A stretch of 53,098 nt of DNA, from contig JAYOYH010000033.1 of NCBI GenBank assembly GCA_038153405.1, positions 1 through 53,098 on the forward strand. The letters run 5' to 3'. The notes under the pieces were generated by a model. That model had not been told where the DNA came from. It did not search any database and was given only the letters and a program-made list of their open reading frames with translations. The DNA comes from Gemmatimonadota bacterium. Lineage in GTDB: Bacteria > Latescibacterota > UBA2968 > UBA8231. The first letter of the stretch is position 1. Every line of letters starts with the position of its first letter. Below, piece after piece: positions 19,327 through 29,977 of this stretch. Position numbers and translations under genes: made by a program.

Positions 19327-20886
19327 ATGAAAAATGGATCGGCCAATACGCTGGTTTTGTGGCGCACTAGCCGCGGTACGCTGACCGCAGCAGTCGTCCC
19401 TTTTATCCTACTACAGCTTTCGGTCTTACTCGTATTTACCACGCATTTTTCATGGACGGGCGTGGCTCTGTGCGCGCTGTTGTACGCCGTGCGGATGTTT
19501 GCTATAACCGGCTTTTACCATCGCTACTTTTCTCATCGGACCTACCAGATGGGGCGCGTAATGCAGTTTTTAGCGGCCGTTTGGGGCGCTACGGCAACCC
19601 AGAAGGGAGCTCTGTGGTGGGCAGCTCACCACCGCGTGCATCATCGCGAAAGCGATCAACAGGCCGACCCGCATAATTCGCGCGAGGGATTCTGGCACGC
19701 CCACTGGCTGTGGTTCCTCTATGAGGAAAGCGCCGACACCGATCTGGAACTGGTGCCCGAGTTGGCTCGCTTCCCCGAACTGCGCCTCGCCGATCGCTTT
19801 TGGTTTGTGCCGCCCATTGCCCTGGGCGTTGCCCTCTTTGTCCTAGGCGGATGGCACTGGGTGGTGTGGGGCTACTTTGTATCGACCTTTCTGCTGAGCA
19901 ATGCGACCTACACGATCAATTCGCTGATGCACTATTGGGGTAAGCAGCAGTACTATACGGGCGACGAGAGTCGCAACCATTGGTTGCTGGCCCTGATCAC
20001 GCTCGGCGAGGGCTGGCACAACAACCACCACCGCTATCAGGCATCGACGCGCAACGGCTTTTTTAGTAACGAATTCGATATCACCTATGCGGTGCTAAAA
20101 GGCTTCTCGTATCTGGGGCTGGTCGGCGATTTGACGCCAGTGCCCGATAAAATTCTCGAGGAAGGACGCCTTAATCGCCACCGTCGCAGCAGGGCACGAG
20201 CGACGAGATCGGCCTTTGCTCCACAGCGCGTGCAGATGAGCGAATTGATGGCCGAGATGCCGGTCGTCCCCGGTGGACTAGTTGCCGAAACGCTGCAGCA
20301 CGTGCGCAGCGAAATGCAGGCCCTGCGCGCAGAAATTGGCAAGCGCGGCGCGGATTGGCGCAGTGATCTGGTCGATTTACGCCAGCAAATTGGCGCTTGT
20401 AGCGCAGCGCTGATCGGAGATGGCGATGCCGATCGGCGCCCTGTAGAGAGCGCCGATATCGACTGGCAAAGGGCGCTGCAGCACATTGGCGAGCGCGGTG
20501 CTCAACTGCGTCTCGACTGGCGCGAGGTCAGTGAACGGATCGTCGTGCGCGGGGCAGAGTTGCGCAGCGATGTAGAGGTGTTGGGCGCTAAAGTCAGCGA
20601 GCGCGGACGCCAGCTATACGGCGAAGTCGAGGCGCTGCGGGGCTCGCTGGGCGAGGTCGCCCAGCGCCTTGCCGGCGAAGTCGAGGTGCTGCGCGAAGAG
20701 CTCGCCGCGGTATTGCAGCACCTACAGGGCGATGTTGCGCACGCCGAGATGGAACGCGCCGGGGCCGAGGCCCTGCGCCGTTTGCACGAAGAAATAGATG
20801 CACTATGCGAGATGGTGGCCGAAAAGAAACAGCGCCTAAGCGGTGAATTCGAAGCGTGGGGCAGTTTGCTGCCGCGCATGGCGTAG
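19327..20886 (+). CDS. Membrane-bound acyl-CoA/lipid (delta-9-like) desaturase with a ~220-aa C-terminal helical repeat extension
   Basis: Three His boxes HRYFSH, HRVHH and HNNHH ('GEGWHNNHH'); AAGGAG RBS. Confidence 0.9.
   Translation: MKNGSANTLVLWRTSRGTLTAAVVPFILLQLSVLLVFTTHFSWTGVALCALLYAVRMFAITGFYHRYFSHRTYQMGRVMQFLAAVWGATATQKGALWWAAHHRVHHRESDQQADPHNSREGFWHAHWLWFLYEESADTDLELVPELARFPELRLADRFWFVPPIALGVALFVLGGWHWVVWGYFVSTFLLSNATYTINSLMHYWGKQQYYTGDESRNHWLLALITLGEGWHNNHHRYQASTRNGFFSNEFDITYAVLKGFSYLGLVGDLTPVPDKILEEGRLNRHRRSRARATRSAFAPQRVQMSELMAEMPVVPGGLVAETLQHVRSEMQALRAEIGKRGADWRSDLVDLRQQIGACSAALIGDGDADRRPVESADIDWQRALQHIGERGAQLRLDWREVSERIVVRGAELRSDVEVLGAKVSERGRQLYGEVEALRGSLGEVAQRLAGEVEVLREELAAVLQHLQGDVAHAEMERAGAEALRRLHEEIDALCEMVAEKKQRLSGEFEAWGSLLPRMA
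20485..20754 (+). repeat. Five tandem 18-aa amphipathic repeats (a sixth copy starts near 20335)
   Basis: IGERGAQLRLDWREVSER / IVVRGAELRSDVEVLGAK / VSERGRQLYGEVEALRGS / LGEVAQRLAGEVEVLREE / LAAVLQHLQGDVAHAEME; upstream copy IGKRGADWRSDLVDLRQQ. Confidence 0.75.
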
Positions 20887-20898
20887 GGCGTTTTTTGT

Positions 20899-21720
20899 CT
20901 AGTTTAGCAGGCCCAAGCGCCCTGAAATAACGCGTATGTTTTGGCGTATTTCCTCGCCGTCATGCGGATCTTCGGCCCAGCGAAGGTACTGCTCAAACGC
21001 GGCGATCGATTTTCCGTATTCGTGCGCACGGTAGTAGAGGAAGCCCAGATCGCGATAGTTTTCCGCTTCGTTTGGCAATAGCCAAGAAATGCGCTCGCCG
21101 CAGCGCACGGCATTGCGCAGGCGGCGCTCGGCCACGTGAATGCGCTTGAGATTGCGCAGCATGCGCGCCAGGATGTCGCGCGACGATGCCGGCTCAATAT
21201 ACTCCTCGGCAAAGCGCAGCTGTGTGCCGTCGACTACGGGCAGGCGCTCGGCCAACTGCAGGCGATCGAGGCGCAGACCGCCGGCAAAGGGATCGATGAA
21301 GATGGGTTCGGGCGGTGCGTCACAGCGCACGAGAAAGTGGTAGGGAAAGTTGACTCCGGAAAGCGGCAGTCCGAGCCGTCGGCCGATCTCTATATAGACC
21401 AGCGATAGCGTAATGGGAATGCCGATGCGGCGGTCGATGACGGCATCGATATAGCTGTTGTGCGGATCGTCGTAGGCCTCTTGGTTGCCGCGAAACCCCA
21501 GTTCCCCGAATACATAAATGTTAAACGGATCTATGGCCTCTGCGGCCGATCGGCCCATGTTCTGCGCGGCAAAGTTGTCGGCCCACTGGTCTAAGACGCG
21601 CAGATAGTGGGCGCTGTCGAGGTCGGGGCGCGCTTCTCGGGCTATCAGCAGGGCGCCCTGTGCCAGTTCTACCTCGCCTTGGGCAAAGGCGAAAAAGGGG
21701 TCTGTGCTCTGTGGGGACAT
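20899..21720 (-). CDS. SirB1/YchA family protein (transglutaminase-like domain plus TPR)
   Basis: 'GFRGNQEAYDDPHNS', 'RRIGIPITLS', 'GVNFPYHFL', 'IDPF', 'RMLRNLK'. Confidence 0.9.
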   Translation of the reverse strand: MSPQSTDPFFAFAQGEVELAQGALLIAREARPDLDSAHYLRVLDQWADNFAAQNMGRSAAEAIDPFNIYVFGELGFRGNQEAYDDPHNSYIDAVIDRRIGIPITLSLVYIEIGRRLGLPLSGVNFPYHFLVRCDAPPEPIFIDPFAGGLRLDRLQLAERLPVVDGTQLRFAEEYIEPASSRDILARMLRNLKRIHVAERRLRNAVRCGERISWLLPNEAENYRDLGFLYYRAHEYGKSIAAFEQYLRWAEDPHDGEEIRQNIRVISGRLGLLN

Positions 21721-21784
21721 GAGCTGTGGCCTTCCCTACCTAAAGCGTCGCTGCTGGCCACCGGGCCCAGCAGGGCTCACTAAG

Positions 21785-22774
21785 CTACACCGCGCGATCG
21801 TATATCCAGCTGAAGCTCAGGGATGTGCTCTGGTCCAATTTGCGCTGTGAGCGCTCGGCCAAACGCGCGTAGCGCGGGCCGAGAGTACAGAGAAAGTCCT
21901 GGGCTTCGGCCGCTTCGGCGGATAGGCCGGTGCGGGTTGAAACCGACCACGTTCCGACCAGATGGTCTATGATCTCGGCGTAGTGCTGAGCGGTGTATAC
22001 GCCGATGCGCTGTGCGACGATAGAGAAGTGGTCGAATAGGTCGGGGTCTTTACCGTCGTACATCAGGTGAGCGGGCATGACGATTTGGTTTCTCATCAGA
22101 TCGCGGAAGGCGATAATGGCACCGCTGGGATCGACGTCAAAGATGTGCGAAACAAAGGCGGTATAGGCCTTTTCATGGCGGGCTTCGTCGCCGGCTACAA
22201 TGCCGCAGATCGTCTTTAGATGGTCGTCGCCAGCGTGCTGAGCTAGTCGCGCGACATTGCGGTGCGATATGCGCGTGGCGCGCTCTTGGAACGAAGTGTA
22301 GACAAAGCCCTTGTAGGGGTCCTGATGTGCGCCGGGGTCAAAGCCGTTGCGGATCAGGTACTGGATGGTCACTTCGACCGCGCGCATATCGACGCGCCCG
22401 GTCAGGTAGAGGTATCGGTTGAGCAGATCGCCGTGGCGGTTTTCTTCGGCGGTCCAGCCGCGCGACCAGCGCGCCCAAGGGCTGTCGCTGGTCCCCGTCG
22501 TGTCGGAAACGCCGTCGAAGCTGTTGAGCAGCGTCTGATAGGTTGGCAGGGCTTCTTCCGTGACCATATCGCCGACCAGCACGACGAGCACGTCGTCTGG
22601 TATGGCGGCGGCGGCGGCGCGAAAATCCTCCAGGGATTCCCGCCAGCCCTCGCTGGTCATGTCGGGGAGAAAATCGTTGGGTTGCCAGCTATCCTCGACG
22701 GATTTGAGCATGGGGAGCTGACCCTCGACAAAATCCTCCATATCGGCGATAACTTCTAGCTTATTCGGCTGCAC
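21785..22774 (-). CDS. Soluble di-iron acyl-ACP desaturase (plant FAB2/mycobacterial DesA-like)
   Basis: 'WQPNDFLPD', 'TEEALPTY', 'WTAEENRHG', 'FQERAT', 'GDEARHE'. Confidence 0.93.
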   Translation of the reverse strand: MQPNKLEVIADMEDFVEGQLPMLKSVEDSWQPNDFLPDMTSEGWRESLEDFRAAAAAIPDDVLVVLVGDMVTEEALPTYQTLLNSFDGVSDTTGTSDSPWARWSRGWTAEENRHGDLLNRYLYLTGRVDMRAVEVTIQYLIRNGFDPGAHQDPYKGFVYTSFQERATRISHRNVARLAQHAGDDHLKTICGIVAGDEARHEKAYTAFVSHIFDVDPSGAIIAFRDLMRNQIVMPAHLMYDGKDPDLFDHFSIVAQRIGVYTAQHYAEIIDHLVGTWSVSTRTGLSAEAAEAQDFLCTLGPRYARLAERSQRKLDQSTSLSFSWIYDRAV

Positions 22775-22879
22775 GAACGCTACTCCCGACGTATGACGTT
22801 AGCGTTAAGGGTCGAGTATGTAAGATAATAAGTCCGCGATAAAATTCAATTGTATGTGTGGTGTGTCGAAGGCGTTTAG

Positions 22880-23560
22880 CTACTCGTTGAGAGCTGGTTC
22901 GACGCAGCTTGGATCATCCCATTGCGCTGCGTTGACCTGTGGAGACACGGGATAGAACTGCAGATCGGGGTCGTCGTAGGGCACGAGCAATGCCTGCAGC
23001 GTTGCTCGATCATCGGGGTCGGTCTCCAGCCAGCGGCGCTGGGCTGTATCGCCCAAGATCGCGGGCATGCGGTGATGCAACGGAGCGATGCGATCGCTTG
23101 CCTCAGTCGTTATAATCGTGCAAGTGTGAAGCAGCTCGCCGTCGGGCGAGTTCCACTCTTCCCACAGGCCGGCCAGTGCAAAGGGGCGGTCGTCGACCAT
23201 GGTAACGTAGTGCGGGGTCTTGCCGTTTTCCTGCTTCTTCCACTCGTAATAACCGCTGGCCGGCAGCAGGCAGCGGCGGCGTTTGAAGGCTGCGCGGTAG
23301 GCGGGTTTTTCTGCGGCGGTCTCGGCGCGCGCGTTGATCATGCGGCTGCCGATGCGGGCATCCTTGGCCCAGAAGGGCACTAGGCCCCACTGCAGCGCAT
23401 CGAGCACGGGCTCGTTCCGTTCGGGCGGGCACAAAACAGCGGCGACGGCCTGCGTGGGAGCGATATTGTAGCGCGGCTGAAATTCGACGGCGACATCCCG
23501 CATGTAGAGGTGTTCGGCCAGCGCTGCGCTGTTGTGGTAGAGGGCAAAGCGTCCACACAT
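22880..23560 (-). CDS. SOS response-associated peptidase (SRAP/HMCES/YedK family)
   Basis: Canonical N-terminus MCGRF at ATG 23560; 'YNIAPTQ', 'WGLVPFW', 'INARAET', 'YYEW', 'HHRMP'. Confidence 0.95.
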   Translation of the reverse strand: MCGRFALYHNSAALAEHLYMRDVAVEFQPRYNIAPTQAVAAVLCPPERNEPVLDALQWGLVPFWAKDARIGSRMINARAETAAEKPAYRAAFKRRRCLLPASGYYEWKKQENGKTPHYVTMVDDRPFALAGLWEEWNSPDGELLHTCTIITTEASDRIAPLHHRMPAILGDTAQRRWLETDPDDRATLQALLVPYDDPDLQFYPVSPQVNAAQWDDPSCVEPALNE

Positions 23561-23742
23561 AGTGAGCGTGCTCCAATGGAAAACGGGTGCGTGTCGGTTA
23601 ACGAAAAGACCGGATGCTCCGGCGTCAAGTATTCTTGACGGTGCGCGCCTAGGTTCTATGTTTTGCAATGCACAGTAAATATAGGAGACGGCCGCCACGG
23701 CGGGGCGGCCCAGCGCGCTGAAAGGCGATGGGAGTTTGGCAT

Positions 23743-24726
23743 ATGGCGGTGCTGGTTACGGGTGGAACGGGCTATATTGGCAGCATAGCAGTAGAAGTGC
23801 TGCGCGCGGCTGGGGAAGATGTCGTAGTGTTGGACGACCTGTTTCGCGGTCACCGAGCCGCGCTGCCGGACGGCGTGCCGCTGCACGAGGGGCGCGTGGG
23901 CGATCGAGATATAGTGCGGTACGTGCTGACCTCTCAGCCCATCGAAGCCTGTGTGCACTTTGCCGCACTGACCTACGTCGGCGAATCGGTGCAGGATCCA
24001 CTGCGCTACTACGAGAACAACACTGCGCAAACTCTGGTGCTGCTCGACGAGTTGGTGCGCGCCGGCGTGCGCAAGGTCGTGTTCTCTTCCACGGCGGCTA
24101 CCTACGGCGAGCCGCAGTATTCGCCGCTGGACGAGGTGCATCCACAGCGGCCAGAAAATCCCTATGGCTGGGGGAAGCTGCTGGTAGAACGCGCACTCGA
24201 TGCCTGTGACGCGGCGCACGGAATGCGCTTTGTCGCCCTGCGCTATTTTAACGCGGCCGGCGCTACGGTCGAGCGCGGTGAAGACCACGAGCCCGAGTCG
24301 CACTTGGTGCCCAACGTGCTCTTTGCGGCGCTGGGCAAGCGCGAGTATTTGTCCGTATTTGGCGATCAATATCCGACGCCTGACGGAACGCCAGTGCGCG
24401 ACTACGTGCATGTGGCCGATCTGGGGCAGGCACACGCGCTGGCGCTGAACTACCTGCGCGCTGGAGGGGAATCAGACTATATCAACTTGGGCAATGGCCA
24501 GGGCTATTCCGTGCTGGAGGTGATCGAAACGGCGCGGCAGGTAACCGGACGATCGATCGAAGCGCGCATCGAAGCCCCACGCGCAGGCGATCCGTCATTT
24601 TTGGTGGCCAAGGCAGATCGGGCCGCCGAGGTGTTGGGATGGAAGCCACAGTACGGCGATCTGGAAAGCATCGTGCAGAGCGCCTGGGACTGGCACGTGC
24701 GGCATCCAGACGGTTACGGGGACTAA
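23743..24726 (+). CDS. galE: UDP-glucose 4-epimerase
   Basis: '[10 protein letters not shown]', 'FSSTAATYG', 'PYGWGK', 'LRYFNAAGA', '[11 protein letters not shown]'. Confidence 0.95.
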   Translation: MAVLVTGGTGYIGSIAVEVLRAAGEDVVVLDDLFRGHRAALPDGVPLHEGRVGDRDIVRYVLTSQPIEACVHFAALTYVGESVQDPLRYYENNTAQTLVLLDELVRAGVRKVVFSSTAATYGEPQYSPLDEVHPQRPENPYGWGKLLVERALDACDAAHGMRFVALRYFNAAGATVERGEDHEPESHLVPNVLFAALGKREYLSVFGDQYPTPDGTPVRDYVHVADLGQAHALALNYLRAGGESDYINLGNGQGYSVLEVIETARQVTGRSIEARIEAPRAGDPSFLVAKADRAAEVLGWKPQYGDLESIVQSAWDWHVRHPDGYGD

Positions 24727-24730
24727 AGCC

Positions 24731-25771
24731 ATGGCATTCTCCCCCAGCGAACATCCACATCGCCGCTACAATCCCCTCAACGGCCAGTGGGTGTTGGTCT
24801 CGCCGCACCGGGCTAAGCGCCCCTGGCAGGGCCAGCTCGAAGATGGAACACGGCCACTGCGTCCGCACTACGACCCACAGTGCTATCTGTGCCCTGGCAA
24901 CGAGCGGGCCAGCGGCGCCCGCAATCCGGTCTACCAGCAGACCTTTGTGTTTGATAACGATTTTGCCGCCCTATTGGATGACGCACCCGAACCGCAGGCA
25001 TCACAATATCCACTGCTGGTGCGCCAAGGCGTTCGCGGCACCTGTCGCGTGCTGTGCTTCTCGCCGCGCCACGATCTGAGCTTGGCGGAGATGGCGGAAG
25101 GCGATATCGCTGCCGTCGTCGACGCGTGGGCCGAACAGACGCGCGAACTGGGAGCGCGCTACAGCTGGGTGCAGGTATTTGAAAACAAGGGCGCTGTAAT
25201 GGGGTGCTCGAATCCGCATCCGCACGGACAGGTGTGGGCGCAGAACGCGCTGCCCGACGAGGCTGCGCGCGAAGAGGCTATGCAGGCCGACTATATGCGT
25301 GCGCACGGACGGCCGCTGCTGCAGGACTATATCGATTTGGAGCGGAGCGAGGGCGAGCGTCTGGTCGTCGAGGAGGCTCACTGGGTCGCCGTGGTGCCGC
25401 ACTGGGCGCTCTGGCCTTTTGAAACCCTGGTCGTATGCCGCGATCCGGTGCAGCGCATGGACCAACTACAGCTCGAACAGCGCCGCAGTCTGGCGCGCCT
25501 GCTCCGGCGGCTGCTGGTGCGCTACGACAATCTGTTCTCGACGTCTTTTCCCTATTCTATGGGATGGCACGGGGCGCCCGGCGGAGAGCGCGATGCGCAG
25601 CACTGGCGCTTGCACGCGCACTTTTATCCTCCGCTGCTGCGCTCGGCCAGTGTCAAAAAATTTATGGTTGGCTACGAGATGCTGGGCGAGGCGCAGCGCG
25701 ACCTGACGCCGGAGCAGGCGGCCGAGCGCCTGCGCCAGCAGAGTGAGGTGCACTACGCAGCCCAGCGTTGA
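24731..25771 (+). CDS. galT: Galactose-1-phosphate uridylyltransferase
   Basis: 'HRRYNPL', 'HRAKRPWQG', catalytic '[10 protein letters not shown]'. Confidence 0.97.
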   Translation: MAFSPSEHPHRRYNPLNGQWVLVSPHRAKRPWQGQLEDGTRPLRPHYDPQCYLCPGNERASGARNPVYQQTFVFDNDFAALLDDAPEPQASQYPLLVRQGVRGTCRVLCFSPRHDLSLAEMAEGDIAAVVDAWAEQTRELGARYSWVQVFENKGAVMGCSNPHPHGQVWAQNALPDEAAREEAMQADYMRAHGRPLLQDYIDLERSEGERLVVEEAHWVAVVPHWALWPFETLVVCRDPVQRMDQLQLEQRRSLARLLRRLLVRYDNLFSTSFPYSMGWHGAPGGERDAQHWRLHAHFYPPLLRSASVKKFMVGYEMLGEAQRDLTPEQAAERLRQQSEVHYAAQR

Positions 25772-25850
25772 ACTGCGCTGACACGCACGAACAATCGAGC
25801 GCACCGGCGCAACAGGTAAGGTGTCGCTGTTGGTATCGCGAGGAGATTCA

Positions 25851-26989
<1,139 letters not shown>

Positions 26990-26993
<4 letters not shown>

Positions 26994-27679
26994 ACAGAAA
27001 CGAGCAAAACCAACTCCTGACGCACCTGCGCGATTTTGTATCGGATCGCCGCCAGCAGCGCATGGAGGAAGTGTTGGGCGAGCGCACGCGCTGGCTGACC
27101 GTGGCGTTGGAGGATATTTACCAGCCGCACAACGCCTCAGCGGTGCTGCGTTCCTGCGAGTGCTTTGGCGTGCAGGACGTGCACATAATAGAAAACCGCA
27201 ACGAATACAACCTCAACCCCGCCGTCGATAGGGGGGCATCGCACTGGCTGACGCTGCACCGCTACCGCGAAGAGGCGATCGATAATTCAACGCGCGCCCT
27301 GGCCGCTCTCAAGGAGGGTGATTACCGACTCTTTGCCATGACGCCGCACCGCGATGACTTGCAGTTGGAAGAAGTACCGGTAGACAGGCCCCTAGCCGTG
27401 CTCTTTGGCACGGAGGAGACCGGTCTGAGTGCCCGCGTCCTGGAGGCGGCCGACGCCTATGTGCGCATACCCATGTACGGCTTTACGGAGAGTTTTAACC
27501 TTTCCGTAAGCGCGGCGCTTACGCTGCGCGAACTGTCGATTAAGATGCGTTTACAAGAAGTCCCTTGGTCGTTGAGCAAAGACGAGAAAGACGCATTGCT
27601 GCTGGATTGGTACCGCCATTCGATACGCGGCGTAGAGCTGTTGGAGGAACGCTATTGGGCGGCGCGCGAAACCGATTGA
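26990..27679 (+). CDS. trmH: SpoU/TrmH family tRNA (guanosine-2'-O) methyltransferase
   Basis: 'LEDIYQPHNASAVLRSC', 'FGTEETGLS', 'IPMYGFTESFNLSVS'. Start uncertain: CTG 26990 overlapping the galK stop, or ATG 27062. Confidence 0.85.
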
Positions 27680-27824
27680 GCACGCCGGCTCTGGTCTGCG
27701 CCTTGGCGCGCGCGGCCACCGCGTTGGCGAGTTTCGCCTTTGGCAGGGGCGTTCGCCGGCTCTTTTGCCCAGACTGTGCGGCAAAAGCGGGAGTCTTTCG
27801 GCCACAGGGGTATTTCGGTAAGGG

Positions 27825-27840
27825 TGGCACGGAGGTTGCA
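27825..27840 (+). promoter_or_regulatory. Sigma-54 (-24/-12) promoter for pspA
   Basis: TGGCAC-GGAGG-TTGCA is an exact match to the TGGCAC-N5-TTGCW consensus, ~45 bp upstream of pspA. Confidence 0.85.
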
Positions 27841-27885
27841 CTGTCCGACTGCGGATAGACTAACCCGTAGCAGAGGAGAGTGGAT

Positions 27886-28590
27886 ATGGCCCAGAGTGTA
27901 TTGGCCCGCATGGCTGCAATGTGTCGCGCTGAGATCGGCGAATTACTCGAGCAGATCGAAGACCCGAAAAAACTTGTCGCACAGCTGGTGCGCGATATGG
28001 AAGGATGCGTAGAGCGCGCCGTCGTCGTGCTCGGACGAGCCGCTGCTGGAGAGCAGCGCTTGGCCAAGGAGCACGCCGCGAACGCAGCGCGCATTGTCGA
28101 CTGCCAGTGTGCGGCCGAGGGAGCGCTGGCAGACGGCGACGAAGCCGCAGCGCGACTGCTTCTGATCAAAAAAACGCAGCTCGTTGAGCGCGGCGCGCAT
28201 TTAGAAACTGCGTTGGAAGAGCGTCGGCAGACTACGGCGGAGTTGCGCACGCAGCTGCACGGACTGCGCGCGCGACTGGAGCAGGCCAGAGAACGCGAGA
28301 AGGCCCTGCGCCTGCGCGTCGTCGATGTCGTGGAAGCGCAGGGCCTTGCGATCGACGTCGAATCGGCCGGTGCTGTACGCGCGCGATTTGCTGACATCGA
28401 AAAACGCGTAAGCGAATGCGAACGCGATGTTGCACATTATGAAGAGAGGGCGATGGCTGCCGAAGCGGAAGCCGAAGCGTGGACCGAACGGGCGGCCGTA
28501 GACGCGCAGATCCGTGCGTTGGAGAAGTTGGAAGCCGAGCGGCGCGTCGATCGCCAACTGGAGGCGATGCGTGCTAAGGCGAACGGCTAG
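27886..28590 (+). CDS. pspA: PspA/IM30 family protein
   Basis: 'ELLEQIEDPKKLVAQLVRDME', 'ALADGDEAAAR', all-helical coiled coil, C-terminal 'VDRQLEAMRAK'. Confidence 0.85.
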   Translation: MAQSVLARMAAMCRAEIGELLEQIEDPKKLVAQLVRDMEGCVERAVVVLGRAAAGEQRLAKEHAANAARIVDCQCAAEGALADGDEAAARLLLIKKTQLVERGAHLETALEERRQTTAELRTQLHGLRARLEQAREREKALRLRVVDVVEAQGLAIDVESAGAVRARFADIEKRVSECERDVAHYEERAMAAEAEAEAWTERAAVDAQIRALEKLEAERRVDRQLEAMRAKANG

Positions 28591-28632
28591 ACGACGGCCA
28601 TGGCTAGGTCAATTGATAGGAGAGAAAACGCT

Positions 28633-29007
28633 ATGTTAGCAAAAATACTGGGTATAGCACTGGTTATTTGGGGGGGCATTTTGGCGATCGAACTGATCTT
28701 TCCCGTCGTGGGAGGATTCTTTGCCGCCGTAGTACTCGTCGCTACGATCGCACTCGCAGCTGGCGCGCTCTATATGGGTGCGCGCTGGCTGAGCGGCGAG
28801 AGCGGGTTGGGCAAGGTCCTCGGCGTGCTCGCCGTACTCGCCGGCCTATTCATCGGTGCCAAAGCGGTGCTCGGCGCGGTCGTCGGCCTGTTCGGCGCCC
28901 TGCTGCTATTCGTCAAGGTCGCCGTCGTGTGTGCTATGCTCTACGTCGGTTGGGGGTGGTTTCAGCAGGGGGCATTTCGCCTGCCGCGGCGCGGAAGATT
29001 GGTCTGA
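28633..29007 (+). CDS. Small integral membrane protein with internal duplication, pspA-associated
   Basis: AGGAG RBS; four hydrophobic segments in two similar halves (K[IV]LG...LY[MV]G..W). Confidence 0.75.
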   Translation: MLAKILGIALVIWGGILAIELIFPVVGGFFAAVVLVATIALAAGALYMGARWLSGESGLGKVLGVLAVLAGLFIGAKAVLGAVVGLFGALLLFVKVAVVCAMLYVGWGWFQQGAFRLPRRGRLV

Positions 29008-29034
29008 GTCGCGGCCCTAAAGCGCACCGACGCG

Positions 29035-29787
29035 CTATAGTTTTCCCTCCCTTTCCCATTCGGCATAGAGCTGCTGGCGGTAGGATTGGGCGCGCTCGGC
29101 ATCTTCCGTCGCGCACTCGGCAAAGTAGACAAAACCCAAGGCGCGTCGCGGTCGCAGGCTGGCATTGGCTTCGGCGCGGTGCACCGTCAGCGAATGGTGG
29201 GCGATCAGGTCTCCGGGCTGCGTGCAGACGGAGACTTCCCTGCGCAGGTCGTCCTCGCCGTAGTTTGTTATGCCCTGTGAGAAACCGAGTATGTTTGTGC
29301 GCTGGTGCGGTCGCATGCCGCAGCGATGTGAGCCGGGCAGGTAGCGCACGCAGCCGTTTTTTTCGTCGGCGCAGTCCTGCGATAGCCAAAGCGTCAGCGC
29401 TTCGTTGGGTTCAAGCATAAAGTAGAAGCCATCTTGATGCGGCGGCGTCTCCCTGCCGCGCACGGGCAGTTTGTTAAACCACTGCAAATTTTTTCCCCGC
29501 ACCGGTTGGTCCATCAGCTGTGCGCACAGTTCCATCATGCGCTCTCCGTAGTAGAGAGCGTGAAAAAAGGAATCGTAGTCGCACATATTTTGCAGGCGCA
29601 TTAGGGTTGAGAGATCGCCCTTATCCTCGTAGAAACCCGCCGTCTCAGGCAGCTCAGGTAGTTTTTCTGCTATATAGCGGTCGACTTCGGCGTTGATCTG
29701 GGCGATCTGACCGGCATCCATAAAGCCGCGCAGCACGGCAAATCCATGCTCGTCGAAATCGCGCTTGGCTGCGTTGATATCTATCAT
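29035..29787 (-). CDS. Phytanoyl-CoA dioxygenase (PhyH) family Fe(II)/2OG oxygenase
   Basis: 'PPHQDGFY' HxD motif, 'NGCVRYLPGSH', distal His 'VHRA.AN.S...RR'. Confidence 0.9.
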   Translation of the reverse strand: MIDINAAKRDFDEHGFAVLRGFMDAGQIAQINAEVDRYIAEKLPELPETAGFYEDKGDLSTLMRLQNMCDYDSFFHALYYGERMMELCAQLMDQPVRGKNLQWFNKLPVRGRETPPHQDGFYFMLEPNEALTLWLSQDCADEKNGCVRYLPGSHRCGMRPHQRTNILGFSQGITNYGEDDLRREVSVCTQPGDLIAHHSLTVHRAEANASLRPRRALGFVYFAECATEDAERAQSYRQQLYAEWEREGKL

Positions 29788-29977
29788 GCCATGCTCGGGA
29801 GGCGAGGGGGGTAGAGGTCGCCGAGTAATATAGCTCTGCTGTTAGACCACACAAATCAATGCAAGTCATGCGCAGCCTGTGTCTTGGCGTACAGCAGCGC
29901 ATATATGCGGATTGAGCGCATCTTCCCTTTGTTCTATATTGCTCGAAAATCAACTCATTTTAGGGAGGGGTTTGGCA

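Noticed and set aside
23660..23742. GC-rich hairpins and a GAAA tetraloop in the galE leader, as a riboswitch
   Set aside because: No conserved riboswitch motif recognised; such hairpins are expected at this GC content.
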